Origin: Octopus sinensis
Lineage: Eukaryota
NCBI RefSeq assembly: GCF_006345805.1
Contig: NC_043004.1
Location: forward strand, 41,106,001-41,170,000
DNA: 64,000 nucleotides
Direction of reading: 5' to 3'
Shown here: positions 1-12,694 of the stretch, piece by piece
Numbering within the stretch: the stretch's first letter is position 1
How the letters are laid out: every line of letters begins with the position of its first letter
The notes under the pieces: generated by a model
Told to the model about the DNA's origin: nothing
The model's input: the letters and a program-made list of their open reading frames with translations, nothing else
Database searches by the model: none
Translations under genes and position numbers: made by a program

Positions 1-17
1 GCAGTATTAATAACAAA

Positions 18-245
18 GGTGGCAATCTGGCAGAAACGTCAGCATGCCGGGCGAAATGCGTAGCCGTATTTCGTCTGCCGTTATGTTCTGAGTTCAAACT
101 CCGAGGTCGACTTTGCCTTTCATCCTTTCGAGGTCAATAAATTAAGTACCAGTTATGCACTGGGGTCGATGTAATCGACTTAATCCGTTTGTCTGTCCTT
201 GTTTGTTCCCTCTGTGTTTAGCACCTTGTGGGTAGTAAAGAAATA
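18..245 (+). mobile_element. SINE family A (tRNA-like head, tail CCCCTTGTGGG.A.TAAAGAAATA)
   Basis: Same sequence recurs more than 10 times in the window; 15-bp direct repeat agtattaataacaaa at 3-17 and 246-260. Confidence 0.85.
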
Positions 246-567
246 AGTATTAATAACAAATGGTAATCTGATCTCCAACTTAACATGGAGGTTCTATTAG
301 AACACGGAATACCAGGTTATTTACCTTCAGAGAATCTCTTAAAAACACTCGAAATTATATTCTTGACAGATAATAGTCTGCTTCATCTATCAGATCACAT
401 GATTTCACCCTGCTATGGGTTCCTCAGTGACAGATGTTCAACAGTGCAATAACAGGCAAATCTCCTGTCAACTATATATAGAATCTAAGTGTCTATTCAA
501 ACTCTGGTGTTACAAATAGCCAATGGGCTTATTGAAAAATAGATAATGGCAACAGAAGTATTATTAA

Positions 568-965
568 CTAGCAGTATCGCCCAGCGTTTTTCGGGTTTGT
601 TTCAACCCTTTAGAATTGGAATTTTTGAAAAGTAAAAATTTTGCATTATGTAGCTTGTTATTCTCTTTAAGTGATCATTTTTCTGGTTGAAATACACCGA
701 AAAATGGCGACACAGCAATAAAAAAAATTGTAAAAAAAATAGGGATTTTCAGAGAAAAAAAGAATCTTTTTGATGTAAATAATTTTTGGTAGTAACATGG
801 TCAGATTTGAATTTTTTTCTTCTACGGAAGGGAGAGCAAGCCTTCTTCTCTCATACTCTCAATTTTGATCAACTTGCACCACAGAGTCTAGGAGGAAATA
901 GTGTTAGTTGAAGGCTACCAAACCTGCCATACACAGACAACTTCAGCTTTATATATATGTAGAGA
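568..965 (-). mobile_element. Non-autonomous Helitron-like element
   Basis: On the minus strand it starts TC and ends with a GC-rich hairpin plus CTAG, sits between A and T with no TSD; near-identical to 13344-13752. Confidence 0.75.
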
Positions 966-1627
966 TATGAAAAAGTAATCTTGATCTCCAACTTAACATG
1001 GCGGTTGTTTTAGAACGCAGAATACCATGTTATTTACCTTGAGAGAACCTCTCATAAGGACTTGTGCATAAAAGTACTCAAAATTATATCATCAACCAAT
1101 GAGCAGTCTGCTACAGCTAGATCACATGATTTCACCCTGCTATGAGTTCCCCTAGTGACAGATATCCACCACTCTGTGTGTGTGTGTGTGTGTCTATATT
1201 GATAATATTATTTTATAAGCTTAAAGCTTCTAAGTGATTACCATGCATTGACTAAGGTAAAGGGTCTAATATTGGGGCATGTAAACCCTTGAGGGGGAAA
1301 AAAGCAGAGTTGTCTGTGTGTGTGTGGGGGGGGGGGACTTTTTTGTGGCCAGATGCTCTTGATGATACTAACCTTTTTCATTACTTAGCACATGCACCAA
1401 TGTTGTATATTCTAAACACTGGGGAACACATAGCAAAACCTCTTATTTATAAAGATCTATTTTATCATTAAAGATTTGTAGGGGTTACATTTGTACCTCA
1501 TTCCTGACAATTCAATTAATTCTCTTGGTCTTCCTTTCAGCTGCAGTTTGACCTTGTGGGTTTAACTGAAACTAAAATGTGGTAGTTTGTTGGATAGACT
1601 CTATTTTTGGATGACTGACCTGGCTTA

Positions 1628-1848
1628 ACTCTTAAGCATTTAAACCAGCCATATCAGGCCAAAATATTCTACCTGTTTCACGTTCATATCATCAAGAACT
1701 GGCATCTGACACCTACTCTACAATGTCATTCTAAAAAAAACACTCAATCACATTGAAATCTCAAAGCTATGAGATAATGCATGATTTATTTCCAAACAAT
1801 GTGAATAAATAAGCATTACATTTGACAGAGTAATCTGAATGCTAGAGG
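1628..1848 (+). mobile_element. piggyBac-type MITE family D (diverged copy)
   Basis: Similar to TTAA-flanked copies at 43794 and 44060. Confidence 0.6.
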
Positions 1849-2172
1849 AGTATACACTTGTTCTTTGTGTGCCTCTAGCAGTATTCACTGTTTCATAAAT
1901 ATTCAATCCAAGTCTCTCGTCTGATGAAAACTTGATGTTTGGATCTGATGTTTCTTACTGTAGCAAACCATTGTTCTCCATTTCTTACTACCAACCTTAG
2001 AAACCCTGCAAAAAGCCATGAGTTTTGGCCTTCTTAATATATTTGAAAATGGTCAGGGACATTGTTTTTCCTTTTCTTCTTGCTTGCTGGAATACTAAAA
2101 AACAAATTACATTGAATTTCTGTTGCAAGATTCCTGATGTGAAACCATGTGTTGAAACTTATATTTCAGGCT

Positions 2173-2544
2173 GGTAATTTTCTTTTTTTTTTTTTTTTGT
2201 CAATTAAACACATGCACTGTATATTTGTTCTTCGCTTGTTTATTATTGTTCCTATTTTATCTTATGTCCATTGTCTGGAAATCTCTTGTCACACATCTGT
2301 GACCTCTTCAGCAACTCTTTCCATCTATGTGTATCCTCCTGCTTCACCTAGTCCATTCATAGGACAGAATGGAGTAGGTGGAGCAGGAGGATATATGTGG
2401 GTGGAAAGGGTTGCTGAAGAGGTCGCAGATGTGTGACAAGAGATTTCTAGACAATAGACATAAGATAAAAGAAGAACAATAATAAATGAGTGATGACGGA
2501 ATATATAGTGTATGTGTTTATTTGGCAAAAAAAAAAAAATTACT
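2173..2544. repeat. About 370-bp near-perfect palindrome (foldback element)
   Basis: The two arms are reverse complements, including poly-T/poly-A ends; central loop ataggaca. Confidence 0.9.
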
Positions 2545-2655
2545 GTCCTAGTTATAAATTTATTCTAAGAAAATATTATGAGTGAAAAATGTCATTCAAC
2601 TCAAATAATTATTGTTAAACATGTACTGTAGTTCTGTTCATATATATACTTACAG

Positions 2656-2750
2656 TCTTCGATGTCGTCTGGGTTGCTACATACATGTTCATTGCTGCAT
2701 ACCAAATTGCGGGTAGACGACAACCTGCAGTCCAAATCGTGAATGTCCCG
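2656..2750 (+). CDS. NUP214: Nup214 exon (beta-propeller; FDVVWVATYMFIAAYQIAGRRQPAVQIVNVP)
   Basis: tacag acceptor, CCG|gtaagt donor, phase 1 to 0; resembles vertebrate VLDVLWIGTYVF. Confidence 0.85.
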
Positions 2751-2814
2751 GTAAGTTTCTTTTTGTTTTTATTTTGAACATTACCATGTGCCATGAATGG
2801 AATTATTTGTTTTT

Positions 2815-3085
2815 CATCATCATCATCGTTTAACGTCCGTTTTCCGTGCTAGCATGGGTTGGACGGTTCGACCGGGGCCTGAGAAGCCAGGAGGTTGCAT
2901 CAAGCTCCAGTCTGATCTGGCAGTGTTTCTACAGCTGGATGCCCTTCTTAACGCCAACCACTCTGTGTGTGTGTAGTTGGTGCTTTTTACGTGCCTCCGG
3001 TACAGGTGCCAGGGGAGGCTGGCAGTGGCCACGATCGGTTGGTGCTTTTACGTGCCACCGGCACAGAAGCCAGTCAAGGCAGCGC
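2815..3085 (-). mobile_element. RTE 3' UTR fragment with (GAT)n tail
   Basis: Reverse complement of the 3' end of the RTE at 29880-30197; many similar copies (e.g. 3585, 4349, 11035, 33065, 39014, 42312, 42995, 53657, 55500, 62110). Confidence 0.85.
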
Positions 3086-3355
3086 GTCTTTATAAAATTC
3101 ACTTGATTTTCAAATTAAATTTGATCATCTCTAGACAGAGGAAAAGGAGGAGGGCACAATAATCGTATTGTTGTGGTATCAATAGAAAGTACAAATCAAA
3201 AACTGTGTTTGAATTGGAGCTATAGGAGAAGACATTTACCAAAATATAAAATTTTTTATCTTTTACTTGTTTCTGTCATTAGCCTGTGGCCATGCTGGGG
3301 CACCACTTTGAAGAGGTTTTAATTGAATATCTGTTTCTTAAAGCCTAGTACTTTA

Positions 3356-3583
3356 TACAGGGTGCAATGGGTAAATTGTTGCCATTTTATATTTTTAATT
3401 TCACGCATGCGAATTATTTGTTTTTGATTTTGTTGACTACACAGTATAGTAGGGTAATAAATTTACTCTTTAGTATTTGAAGATATTTTTATGCAATGTT
3501 GGTAAATATATGTTAAAATGAGATCTCAGTGTTATTTCCATTTTTGTGTAATTTAGACGATAATTTATTCGCCTTACCCTGTA
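3356..3583. mobile_element. Tc1/mariner-type MITE
   Basis: ta-CAGGGT...ACCCTG-ta termini with imperfect TIRs. Confidence 0.6.
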
Positions 3584-4667
3584 TCATCATCGTCGTTTAA
3601 CGTCCGTTTTCCATGCTAGCTTGGGTTGGATGGTTCAACTGGGGTCTGGGAAGCCAGGAAGTTGCACCAGGCTCCAGTCTGATCTGGCAGTGTTTCTACA
3701 GCTGGATGTCCTTCCTAACACCAGCCACTCCGTGAGTGTAGTGGGTGCTTTTTACGTGCCACCAGCACAGGTACCAGAGGAGGCTGGCAACGGCTACGAT
3801 CGGTTGGTGCTTTTTACATTTCACCAGCACGGAAGCCAGTCAAGGTGGCGCTGGCATCAGCCACATTTGGATGGTGCTTTTTATATGCCACCAGTACGGG
3901 TATCACAATTACAATTTCCTTTTTTCTTTGTTTTGATGTTGATGTACTTGACTCAATAGGTCTCCTCAAGCACAGCAGGTTACCCTACGATCCAAGGTAC
4001 TTTTGAATGGGCTGGGGCTGGTTATGTGAAACTGGTGTAGGATACAGCCGTGAACTCACTTTATTTGCTGGTCTTCACAGCATATCTCTTTTATATATAG
4101 AGAACAAATTTAGAGTGGTTTGTAGGTATTTGACATCTACTTCTAGTTGATTCAGTAGTGATTCAGGTGAACAAATACAGCAGTTGAGAGGTAGGCCTAC
4201 TATTGTTATTCTTTTGTGATTCTGTTCATTAGTTTGTCTGAGCTGTATGCAACTATTTATTTTTTTGCTCAGGAACCCAGGTGGAAGGTAAAGTTAGACA
4301 CAAGGGGCCAGATCTGAGAGGGTTAAGATTAAACTGAATCTACAGCATATATCATCATCATCATCATCATCATGTCCGCTCTCCATACTAGCATGCGTTG
4401 GACGGTTTGACTGTGAGTTGGCGAACCAGATGGCTGCACCAAGCTCCAGTCTTGATCTGGCAGAGTTTCTACGGCTGGATGCCCTTCTTAACGCCAACCA
4501 CTCCGAGAGTGTAGTGGGAGCTTTTACATGCCACTGGCATGGGGGCCGGTCAAGCGGTACTGGCAACAACCTCGCTTGAATTTTCACACATGGGCCAGTC
4601 AGGCAGTACTGGCAATATATATATATATATATATATTTATATTTCATATTCTTTTTCTCACTTTCAG

Positions 4668-4762
4668 AAAGCTGGAGATCCTAGTTTCATAAATTTTAGA
4701 GACCCTTGTTTTGGTGCTGGAGATCGAGACAATAAATATAATTTAGAACTTCTTATTGGCTG
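4668..4762 (+). CDS. NUP214: Nup214 exon (KAGDPSFINFRDPCFGAGDRDNKYNLELLIGW)
   Basis: ctttcag acceptor, TG|gtaagt donor, phase 0 to 2; resembles NFMEPCYG...YIEEW. Confidence 0.9.
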
Positions 4763-5785
4763 GTAAGTGCTGAATTTCTCTTTAAGTTTTATGGATTAAC
4801 TTTGAATATGTGTGTTTATGTTGTCAAATCTACAAACGTAGGATTAGGTGCTGTTAGCTGCAGTCTAGATTAACCTTTTCGTTATCATACTTCTGTTGCA
4901 ATTAATTTTTAAAATATGAAGAATTTAGTGAATTAACTTTGTCGTTATTAAACTGGTTAATTAACTTGAAATTTTGATGAAAGGCTTTACCTTACATCAC
5001 TTTGAAATAGAAAGTCGAATCACAGAACCACGGTCAATCACAGGCGGTTTGCCTTTAAAAGGATAGGATTAAGCATCTTTTACATCATCTGGGCTTAAAA
5101 ATTTAAAAAAATCTAATCCTCATTTTCTATCCATATAACAAATTTTGTTAACAGTAGTGAAAAACATGAATGGATCAGGTTTCATTTACTATTTATTTCA
5201 CTGGAGTTCAGCTGCCACAAATGTGAATATGAATATTGATTCCATAATTTGGATGCTAGTATTGCTAAAAGGACAAAATTCTGCAAGCCGGATATATTGA
5301 ATAAATAAACTCTTTGAAGCAATAATTGGAATGTCGAGTGAAGAATTTGTTATAGAAGAACCAAAGTTGCTCAGGATAACTTAAATAATTTGTCAATCAT
5401 TCTGGAAATAAAACAGCTAAGGAAGCAAAATATATCACTTTCCATGTTTTAGATGAAGCTGACAGAATGAAGAGCTTTAAAGCAACGTGGTTGACCGTCC
5501 AGCGTACTAGCGGCAACTGAACTAACTTTTTACCTGAAGGTGCATTCTAGCCTTGGGCGGATGTTGTTGCTTGAATCCATACAATGCCAATCCTACCTTG
5601 ATAGCGTCTGTCCAAGTGCAACTAACTTACGCCCCAGTGTAAAAATAGTTTAACAATGTCTCACTACAGTACCAACCATTCAAAGTGGAAAAGGGATACT
5701 TGAGAAGTCATGAGAAGTGGTGAAGACTTCTCAAGAGACTGAACCTCTTTTGGAAATCTTGCAAGCATGTTGTTATGAATGTTAA

Positions 5786-6006
5786 CCCTTTCGTTACCGT
5801 ATTTATTTTGAGACTCTCTGTGTTTCTTTCAATTATTTTAAATATAACAAAGAATTTAGTAAAATAACTTCGTTATCATTAAGCTGGTGTTAGGAACATA
5901 AATTGTGACTAAGGATTGGTGGAAGATTTTAATTCAAAACTTATGAAAACAAGACATTTGTACTACAGAGCCAGAGCTGGTTTCAGTCGGGTTGGTATCG
6001 AAAGGG
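5786..6006. mobile_element. piggyBac-type MITE family E
   Basis: TTAA-CCCTTTCG...CGAAAGGG-TTAA; inverse copy at 49893-50484. Confidence 0.8.
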
Positions 6007-6256
6007 TTAAAGTGATAGTGGTAGTAATAGTTGTAGTCGATGGTGGTGGAGGCTGGGATGTATAATATGTCTACATTTGGGTCTCTGTATATTATAGTCT
6101 TAACGAGTTCCACCTGCCTCTCATCACTTTGATACCCTCTTATCTCTATTACACTCTCTTTCTCTTATTCATCATCTCTCCTCTTCACCATACCATGTTG
6201 CTGTGTAACAAGAGATGCCATTGATTCAGTTTGTCCGTATTCAGTCCCCTACTACC

Positions 6257-6488
6257 TATTTCTTTACTACCCACAAGGGGCTAAACACAGAGGGGACAAA
6301 CAAGGACAGACAAAGGGATTAAGTCGATTATATCGACCCCAGTGCATAACTGGTACTTATTTAATTGACCCCGAAAGGATGAAAGGCAAAGTCGACCTCG
6401 GCAGAATTTGAACTCAGAACGTAACGACAGACGAAATACTGCTAAGCATTTCGCCCGGCGTGCTAACGTTTCTACCAGCTCGCCGCTT
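6257..6488 (-). mobile_element. SINE family A
   Basis: Reverse-complement copy flanked by ttcagtccc(c)tactacc direct repeats. Confidence 0.85.
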
Positions 6489-7037
6489 TTTCAGTCCCCT
6501 ACTACCACTATCATCATTCTCATCACTTTACTTTTACCTCCCTCCCTTTACAGTGCCTGCATAACAACATAGACTAAGGTGCTTTTTTTATGTGGCACCA
6601 GTACCAGTTACAGAAATGCTCTGTGGAACTGACAAAATTTTCGGTTCTTCAAAGTGATGTAGCACAGGTTTCAGTAGTCCCTTTAAATATAGCATATCTT
6701 TGATGACAGTAAACATGATAAATGTAGTCCACACACCCTATGCAATGTCACTGGTTCTTCATTTAATGGGTTTTTTTTCCCCTCTGTTTTGCAAGTCACT
6801 TGGCAACCTCACGAGTGCCAGTGACAGGAGATAAGTACTCGGTACACATTATAAAGTGGTTGGTGTTAGGAAGGGCATCCAACTGTAGAAACCACTCCAA
6901 AGTGACACTGAAACTGGTTGCAGCTCACCAGATACTGTCATTGACCAACCCATATTGACATGAAAAATGCATGTTGACTGATCGTGTTTGTATTTTTAAT
7001 CTTCAAATTTCTTTTTTCCTTTTTTTTTTGTCACTAG

Positions 7038-7107
7038 GGACATGGTTGTTTTGGCTTCAAGCAATTCTTTAGAAGCTGCTATTATTGCCAGAAACTTAGA
7101 TACAGAA
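7038..7107 (+). CDS. NUP214: Nup214 exon (DMVVLASSNSLEAAIIARNLDTE)
   Basis: poly-T plus cactag acceptor, GAA|gtaagt donor, phase 2 to 0. Confidence 0.9.
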
Positions 7108-7326
7108 GTAAGTATCTTCCTCTTGTTCCTATAACAGTTGTTGTAAAAAAAAATTAATATCCATGAACTGGTTTCCCTCATTGGTGAAAGAAGGAGTAAA
7201 AGAAATAGTAGATCACCAGACCCATTCACTGTATTAAAATCTGACAGTCTACATTTAAAATTCAAACTGTTGACATTGCTTTCCTCCTACCAGGTTGATA
7301 AAATAAATATCAATCATGTATTGGGC

Positions 7327-7711
7327 GCAGGAGTGGCTGTGTGGTAAGTAGCTCGCTTACCAACCACATGGTTCCGGGTTCAGTCCCACTGCGTGGCACC
7401 TTGGGCAAGTGTCTTCTACTATGGCCTCGGGCCGACCAAAGCCTTGTGAGTGGATTTGGTAGACGGAAACTGAAAGAATCCTGTCGTGTATATATATATG
7501 TATGTGTGTTTGTATGTCTGTGTTTGTCTCACCAACATCGCTTGACAACCGATGCTGGTGTGTTTAGGTCCCCATGACTTAGTAGTTCGGCAAAAGAGAC
7601 TGATAGAATAAGTACTAGGCTTACAAAGAATAAGTCCTGGGGTCAATTTGCTTGACTAAAGGCGGTGCTCCAGCATGGCCACAGTCAAATGACTGAAACA
7701 AGTAAAAGAGT
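7327..7711 (+). mobile_element. SINE family B (tRNA-like head GCAGGAGTGGCTGTGTGG, internal TA/TG microsatellite)
   Basis: A/B-box-like head (GGTTCAGTCC). Further copies at about 12240, 20657, 23866(-), 36029, 43343, 51228(-), 52690(-), 53240(-), 61428. Confidence 0.85.
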
Positions 7712-8056
7712 ATTGAGGTTGATTCAGTTTATTGCCATCTCCCTCACAAATTTGTGACTTTATATCAGTGTGAGAAATTATTCCCCTGTTGTTGTGTGTG
7801 TAAGACACATCAGAACTTTTCTGTGTGTTACTTTTGTAAACTTCTTTTCTTGTTCCTTGCTTTGCTGAAATATGTGTAAGCCATGCGCTAGTGTCAATTC
7901 ATTCAACTGTTTTCCTCCCTTATACATTTGTGTAAGTTTTGTCACTGTAGGAAATCATTATTCTTAAGGATTATAGTGAATAGCTTTTGTCTAAAAGTAT
8001 TTTTAACTTCCTGTTGTATGTCTTTAAAACAATCTCATTCTCTTACCCTTTTCTAG

Positions 8057-8183
8057 AAATCTTGGGACCATTGCATGCTAGAAGATAGTGCACGTGCTGA
8101 AGTTCCCTTAACAGCAGAGAAATGTGATAGCTTTCCTGTTGGACTCGCAATTGACTATTCAAACCAAAAACAGATAATAATGA
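8057..8183 (+). CDS. NUP214: Nup214 exon (KSWDHCMLEDSARAEVPLTAEKCDSFPVGLAIDYSNQKQIIM)
   Basis: ttttctag acceptor, A|gtaagt donor, phase 0 to 1; resembles LEDSSRAELP...PMGVVVDYTNQ. Confidence 0.92.
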
Positions 8184-9094
8184 GTAAGTGCTATACTTTA
8201 CAGAAGTTACTATTGAACTTATCACATATGCATATATACAAGAAACTGTAGTAATAGCATTAGAACTATTTTGTACATGCATTAATGAATGAGTGATCTG
8301 TCTAACATTGTAGTGTAGGTATACATATCCACTCCTGTCAGGTTTAAACAAAAGTAATTCAGAACAAACTTATACATAATTTTGATTTGCTCTCTGAAGT
8401 CAGGAGAAAGGTTGTCTATGGGTAACTAATGAGAAGTTTATTGTGCCAGTAATGGAATCATTACCGGAACATCTTAGTATTTATCTAACCTTGTGGAATA
8501 AAATATTATTCACTTAATTCATAGACATCAGATTGTTTCTGGAGCATTATAAACCTGCAAAACTCCAAAATCTATTCAAAGTATGAGTATTGACATTGAA
8601 GAGCCTAGTACAGTCCTTAGTTATTGAACATCTTTGCTTCTTAGTATTTGGTTCATGAAAATAATGAAAATTCAATATTAGAACAAAAAGTGTATTTATA
8701 GCCCTGTTTTTAGTGATACAAAAAAATGTACCATCCTTGACAGATTGGAAGGCATAGATTTATCTGCTGCTTATTAGACAAATATCAAAAGGATCATATA
8801 AATTTGTGAAATAGCATAGTGATATATAATTGAAAATATATTCTGTTATGAAACTTAGAAACTATCGGAGTAGCTAACTCTGAGCAGACAATATATCTTA
8901 ACTTGAGTTAATGCAGGATTGTAGGACTTAGCAATCGCAGCTGTTGCTGTATATGGCATTTAATTGGAGATTTGACTAGTCGATGCCATCACGATTTGTG
9001 ATCTATGATTGGAAAACTGACCAGTTATTATCTTGATTATATGTAAACTGTTATTGCAGGACAGACCTTTCATATACAGAAACCTCATTTTATT

Positions 9095-9319
9095 AGAAGG
9101 CGGCGAGCTGGCAAAAACATTAGCACACCAGGCGAAATGCTTAGCAGTATTTCGTCTGCCGTTACGTTCTGAGTTCAAATTCCGCTGAGGTCGACTTTGC
9201 CTTTCATTCTTTCGGGGTCGATAAATTAAGTACCAGTTACGCACTGGGGTCAATGTAATCGACTTAATCCGTTTGTTTGTCCCCTCTATGTTTAGCCCCT
9301 TGTGGGCAGTAAAGAAATA
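9095..9319 (+). mobile_element. SINE family A
   Basis: 17-bp direct repeat agaaacctcattttatt at 9078-9094 and 9320-9336. Confidence 0.88.
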
Positions 9320-9413
9320 AGAAACCTCATTTTATTGGTAGTTCTTAAATTGCATTTTTGTTGTCTAATTTACAATCCAATATTAATTCATTTTATCACT
9401 AAATATTTTTCAG

Positions 9414-9566
9414 ATGAGGTAGAGATAGGACCTTTCCCTGTGATGCTGATGCTGTCTACAGACGGTGTATTAGTCCCATTCTTCATGGTTTACAAACACA
9501 AGGCAGCTGCCAGTATGACTGTTCCAATTGAAGCACTGAACCCATCAGGACTACGTCCTCAAATAC
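9414..9566 (+). CDS. NUP214: Nup214 exon (end of beta-propeller, PVMLMLSTDGVLVPFFMV)
   Basis: ttttcag acceptor, C|gtaaga donor, phase 1 to 1; resembles PVLMLLSTDGVLCPFYM. Confidence 0.93.
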
Positions 9567-10389
9567 GTAAGAATCTTCTATAATTTCATCTGCAACACTT
9601 TCCTTTTGCAAAAATTAGCCTCTGTGGAACTTGTTTTTGTTTTGTAGTGAAGCTGATATAACAACAGCAAGTCAAATCAAGACTTGAACACGCTTTATCA
9701 GTTTTATTACTGTGAGATTTGATACTCTGATAATAAGGAAGGAGTTTTTTTTTAACCTAAGGCTTCTTATTGTTATACAATTACTTCTTTTTTTTTCTGA
9801 GCTGTTACAGTATTTGAACCTAACCACTAATAATTTCAGATTATTTTTTCATTTAATCTTTCCGTTGATTACATAAAACTTTCTTTCTTTAATACAATAT
9901 TTTCTGGTCTAAAAGCCAAATTTTTCAAACAGCCAAAAAAGGTAGGTCAACATATACACCAAGATAACTTTGGAGAACCTAAAATTCCACGTAAACTGCA
10001 GCAGGATTTAGAAAGATAATGGTGGCGTTTGAATGTTTACACTATATACTATGTCAACTTGTCATCATCATCATTTAACATCTGTTGTCCATGCTGGCAT
10101 GGTTTGAACAATTTGATTAGAGCTGGGGAGCTGTACCAGACCCCAGTCTGATTTGGCATGGTTTCTACAGCTAGATGCCCTAATTAATGCCAGTATTTTG
10201 TCCTGCATGCTAACGATTTTGCCAGCTTGCCACTTGTATGCTGGAAAATATGGTACAATATATTCCCTCTTTACTTCCTTTTTACTGACACACACACAGA
10301 CTCTCCTCTCCCTACCACCTTTATACTGACTCCAATATACTCACTTTCATTGCTTTACACAGATTACATTCTTCTGTCCATATTTTCAG

Positions 10390-10544
10390 CGGGAGTTACA
10401 CAGCTGCCACATATTGCTCAGAGCCCTCCTGCAAATGCTGCCACAGGAACACCAGCCCCTGCAGCACCACCTCCAGCTATGGCAGCCCCTGCAGAGACAA
10501 GTTTTAAATTTGGTCTGTTTGATCAGAAGCCTGCTGAAAACAAA
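10390..10544 (+). CDS. NUP214: Nup214 exon (P/A-rich linker, FKFGLF)
   Basis: ttttcag acceptor, AAA|gtaaga donor, phase 1 to 0. Confidence 0.85.
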
Positions 10545-10636
10545 GTAAGATATGTTTATTCGGTTATTTTAGCATGTTTTGTTTCTTTCTGTTACCAACT
10601 TGCCATTTTCATTCAATCAGTATTATAGTTCTTGTT

Positions 10637-10958
10637 GTAAGGCATATGGGTTAGTGGTTAGGGTATTTGCCTCACGATTGTAAGGTTGTGGGTTCAATTC
10701 CTGGTGACATGTTGTGTCCTTGAGCAAGACACTTTATTTCACGTTGCTCCAGTCCACTCAACCAGCAAAAACATGCAGTACCTGTATTTCAAAGAACCAG
10801 CCTTGTCATACTCTGTGTCACACTGAATCTCCTTGAGAACTATGTTAAGGGTACATGTCTGTGGAGTACTCAGCCACTTACATGTTAATTTCACAAGCAG
10901 CTTGTTCTGTTGATTGGATCAGCTAGAACCCTTGTCCTAACCGACAGAGTAGCCATCC
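10637..10958 (+). mobile_element. tRNA-headed SINE related to family C
   Basis: Head ggcatatgggttagtggtt...gggttcaattcc and shared cttgagcaagacactttatttcacgttgctcc segment. Confidence 0.65.
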
Positions 10959-12658
10959 ATGATGTCAGCTTATATCACATTACTAGCAGTATGTTGTCTA
11001 TTAGTCAAAACTCTTTAAGCTTTAATGCTCCCAATCATCATCATCATCATCATCATTTAGCATCCGCTTTCCATGCTAGCATGGGTTGGACGGTTTGACT
11101 GGGGTATGGGAAGCCAGGAGGCTGCATCAGGCCCAGTCTGAACTGGCAATGTTTCTATGGCTGGATGCCCTTCCTAACGCCAACCACTCCGTGAGTGTAG
11201 TGGGTGCTTTTTACGTGCCACCGGCATGTAAATATATAATATGGTGGAGGTCTGCCCTCTGCTGTGGGTAACTTGGACACTCTTTTTAACCTGATACTTT
11301 GTAAGTTTAACCCTTTATCATCTAAACTGGTCAGGCTCCATGTCTCTTTTGGGATGGTTTCTACAGTTGGATGCCCTTCCTAACTCCAACCACTTCACAG
11401 AGTGTACTGGACACTCTTACACAGCACCGGAATGGGTACTTTTTACGTGGTACCAGCACTTAAGAGCCTGCAAGATAAGGGATGTTCACCTGGAGAGGGT
11501 TGCAAGAGACGAGCCTGTATCCAAGGGCAACCATGCTCTTACATCACTTGGCAGGTCTTTTCAAGTACAGCAAACTGCAAGGAGTCTCAGACCACTGTCA
11601 TCCCCTCTGTGAGTCTCAAACTTTGTAGATTGTTCCTCACTACTTTGTCCCAATTTTACTGTGGAACTTAGGTGTAAGCAAGCCATTAAGGCAGCTTCTC
11701 CAAAGTCACTCAACCTGCTAGATTAGCTAAATATCTCTCCTTTACATGCGTGTTTATGATTGAGTGAATTCGTATTTCCCTTATTATAAACATAACCACA
11801 CTGTTTGTATGCACAGTGGCCTTTGTGATCTGTCACAAAAGCATGTCTAGGCTTCTTGGCATGTCCTGACATATAGTACTATCTTTGTAAGCAAAAATTC
11901 ATTCAAAGAGTGTCTTTTGTTTTCAGTTCCCTGCAAAGCCATTTCTGGGCTGTTTGTTGAGTTGAGTAGGTGATTATTACCTTGTTTGGAAACAGATGAA
12001 GCTTGACATAAGGAAGGACTTCTAACCATAGAAAAGTCTGCTCCAACGTCTGACCTATGCAGGCATGGGAAAGTGGACATTCCAATGATGGTTTTGTGTG
12101 TGTGTGTGTGTTTATTAATATTTAAAAAAAGGTAATGGTGATTCAAAGTTTGAGTTTTTTGTGTGTTGACACTTACAAAATGCCAACTTATGAAATTCTC
12201 AGACCTTGAGTCACTCTGTTACTTCTGCAAAACATTTGCCTACCAACCACATGGTTCTGGGTTCAGTCCCACTGCGTGGCATCTTGGGCAAGTGTCTTCT
12301 GCTATAGCCTCGGGCCGACCAATGCCTTGTGAGTGGATTTGGTAGACGGAAACTGAAAGAAGCCTGTTGTATATATGTATGTATGTGTATGTATATGTTT
12401 GTGTGTCTGTGTTTGTCCCTCTAGCATTGCTTGACAACCGATGCTGGTGTGTTTACCTCCCCGTCACTTAGCGGTTCGGCCAAAGAGACCGATAGAATAA
12501 GTACTGGGCTTACAAAGAATAAGTCCCGGGGTTGATTTGCTCAACTAAAGGCGGTGCTCCAGCATGGCTGCAGTTAAATGACTGAAACAAGTAAAAGAGA
12601 AAGAGTAAAAAAGAGATACTCATATTTTGAGTTCTATTTTTCGTGTTTGCATCAACAT

Positions 12659-12694
<36 letters not shown>

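Noticed and set aside
1541-2051. Possible extra upstream Nup214 exons (LQFDL at 1541-1555; QTIVLHFLLPTLETLQK...IFEN at 1964-2051 with G|gtcagg donor)
   Set aside because: Splice signals and phase are plausible, but protein similarity is too weak to support without transcripts.
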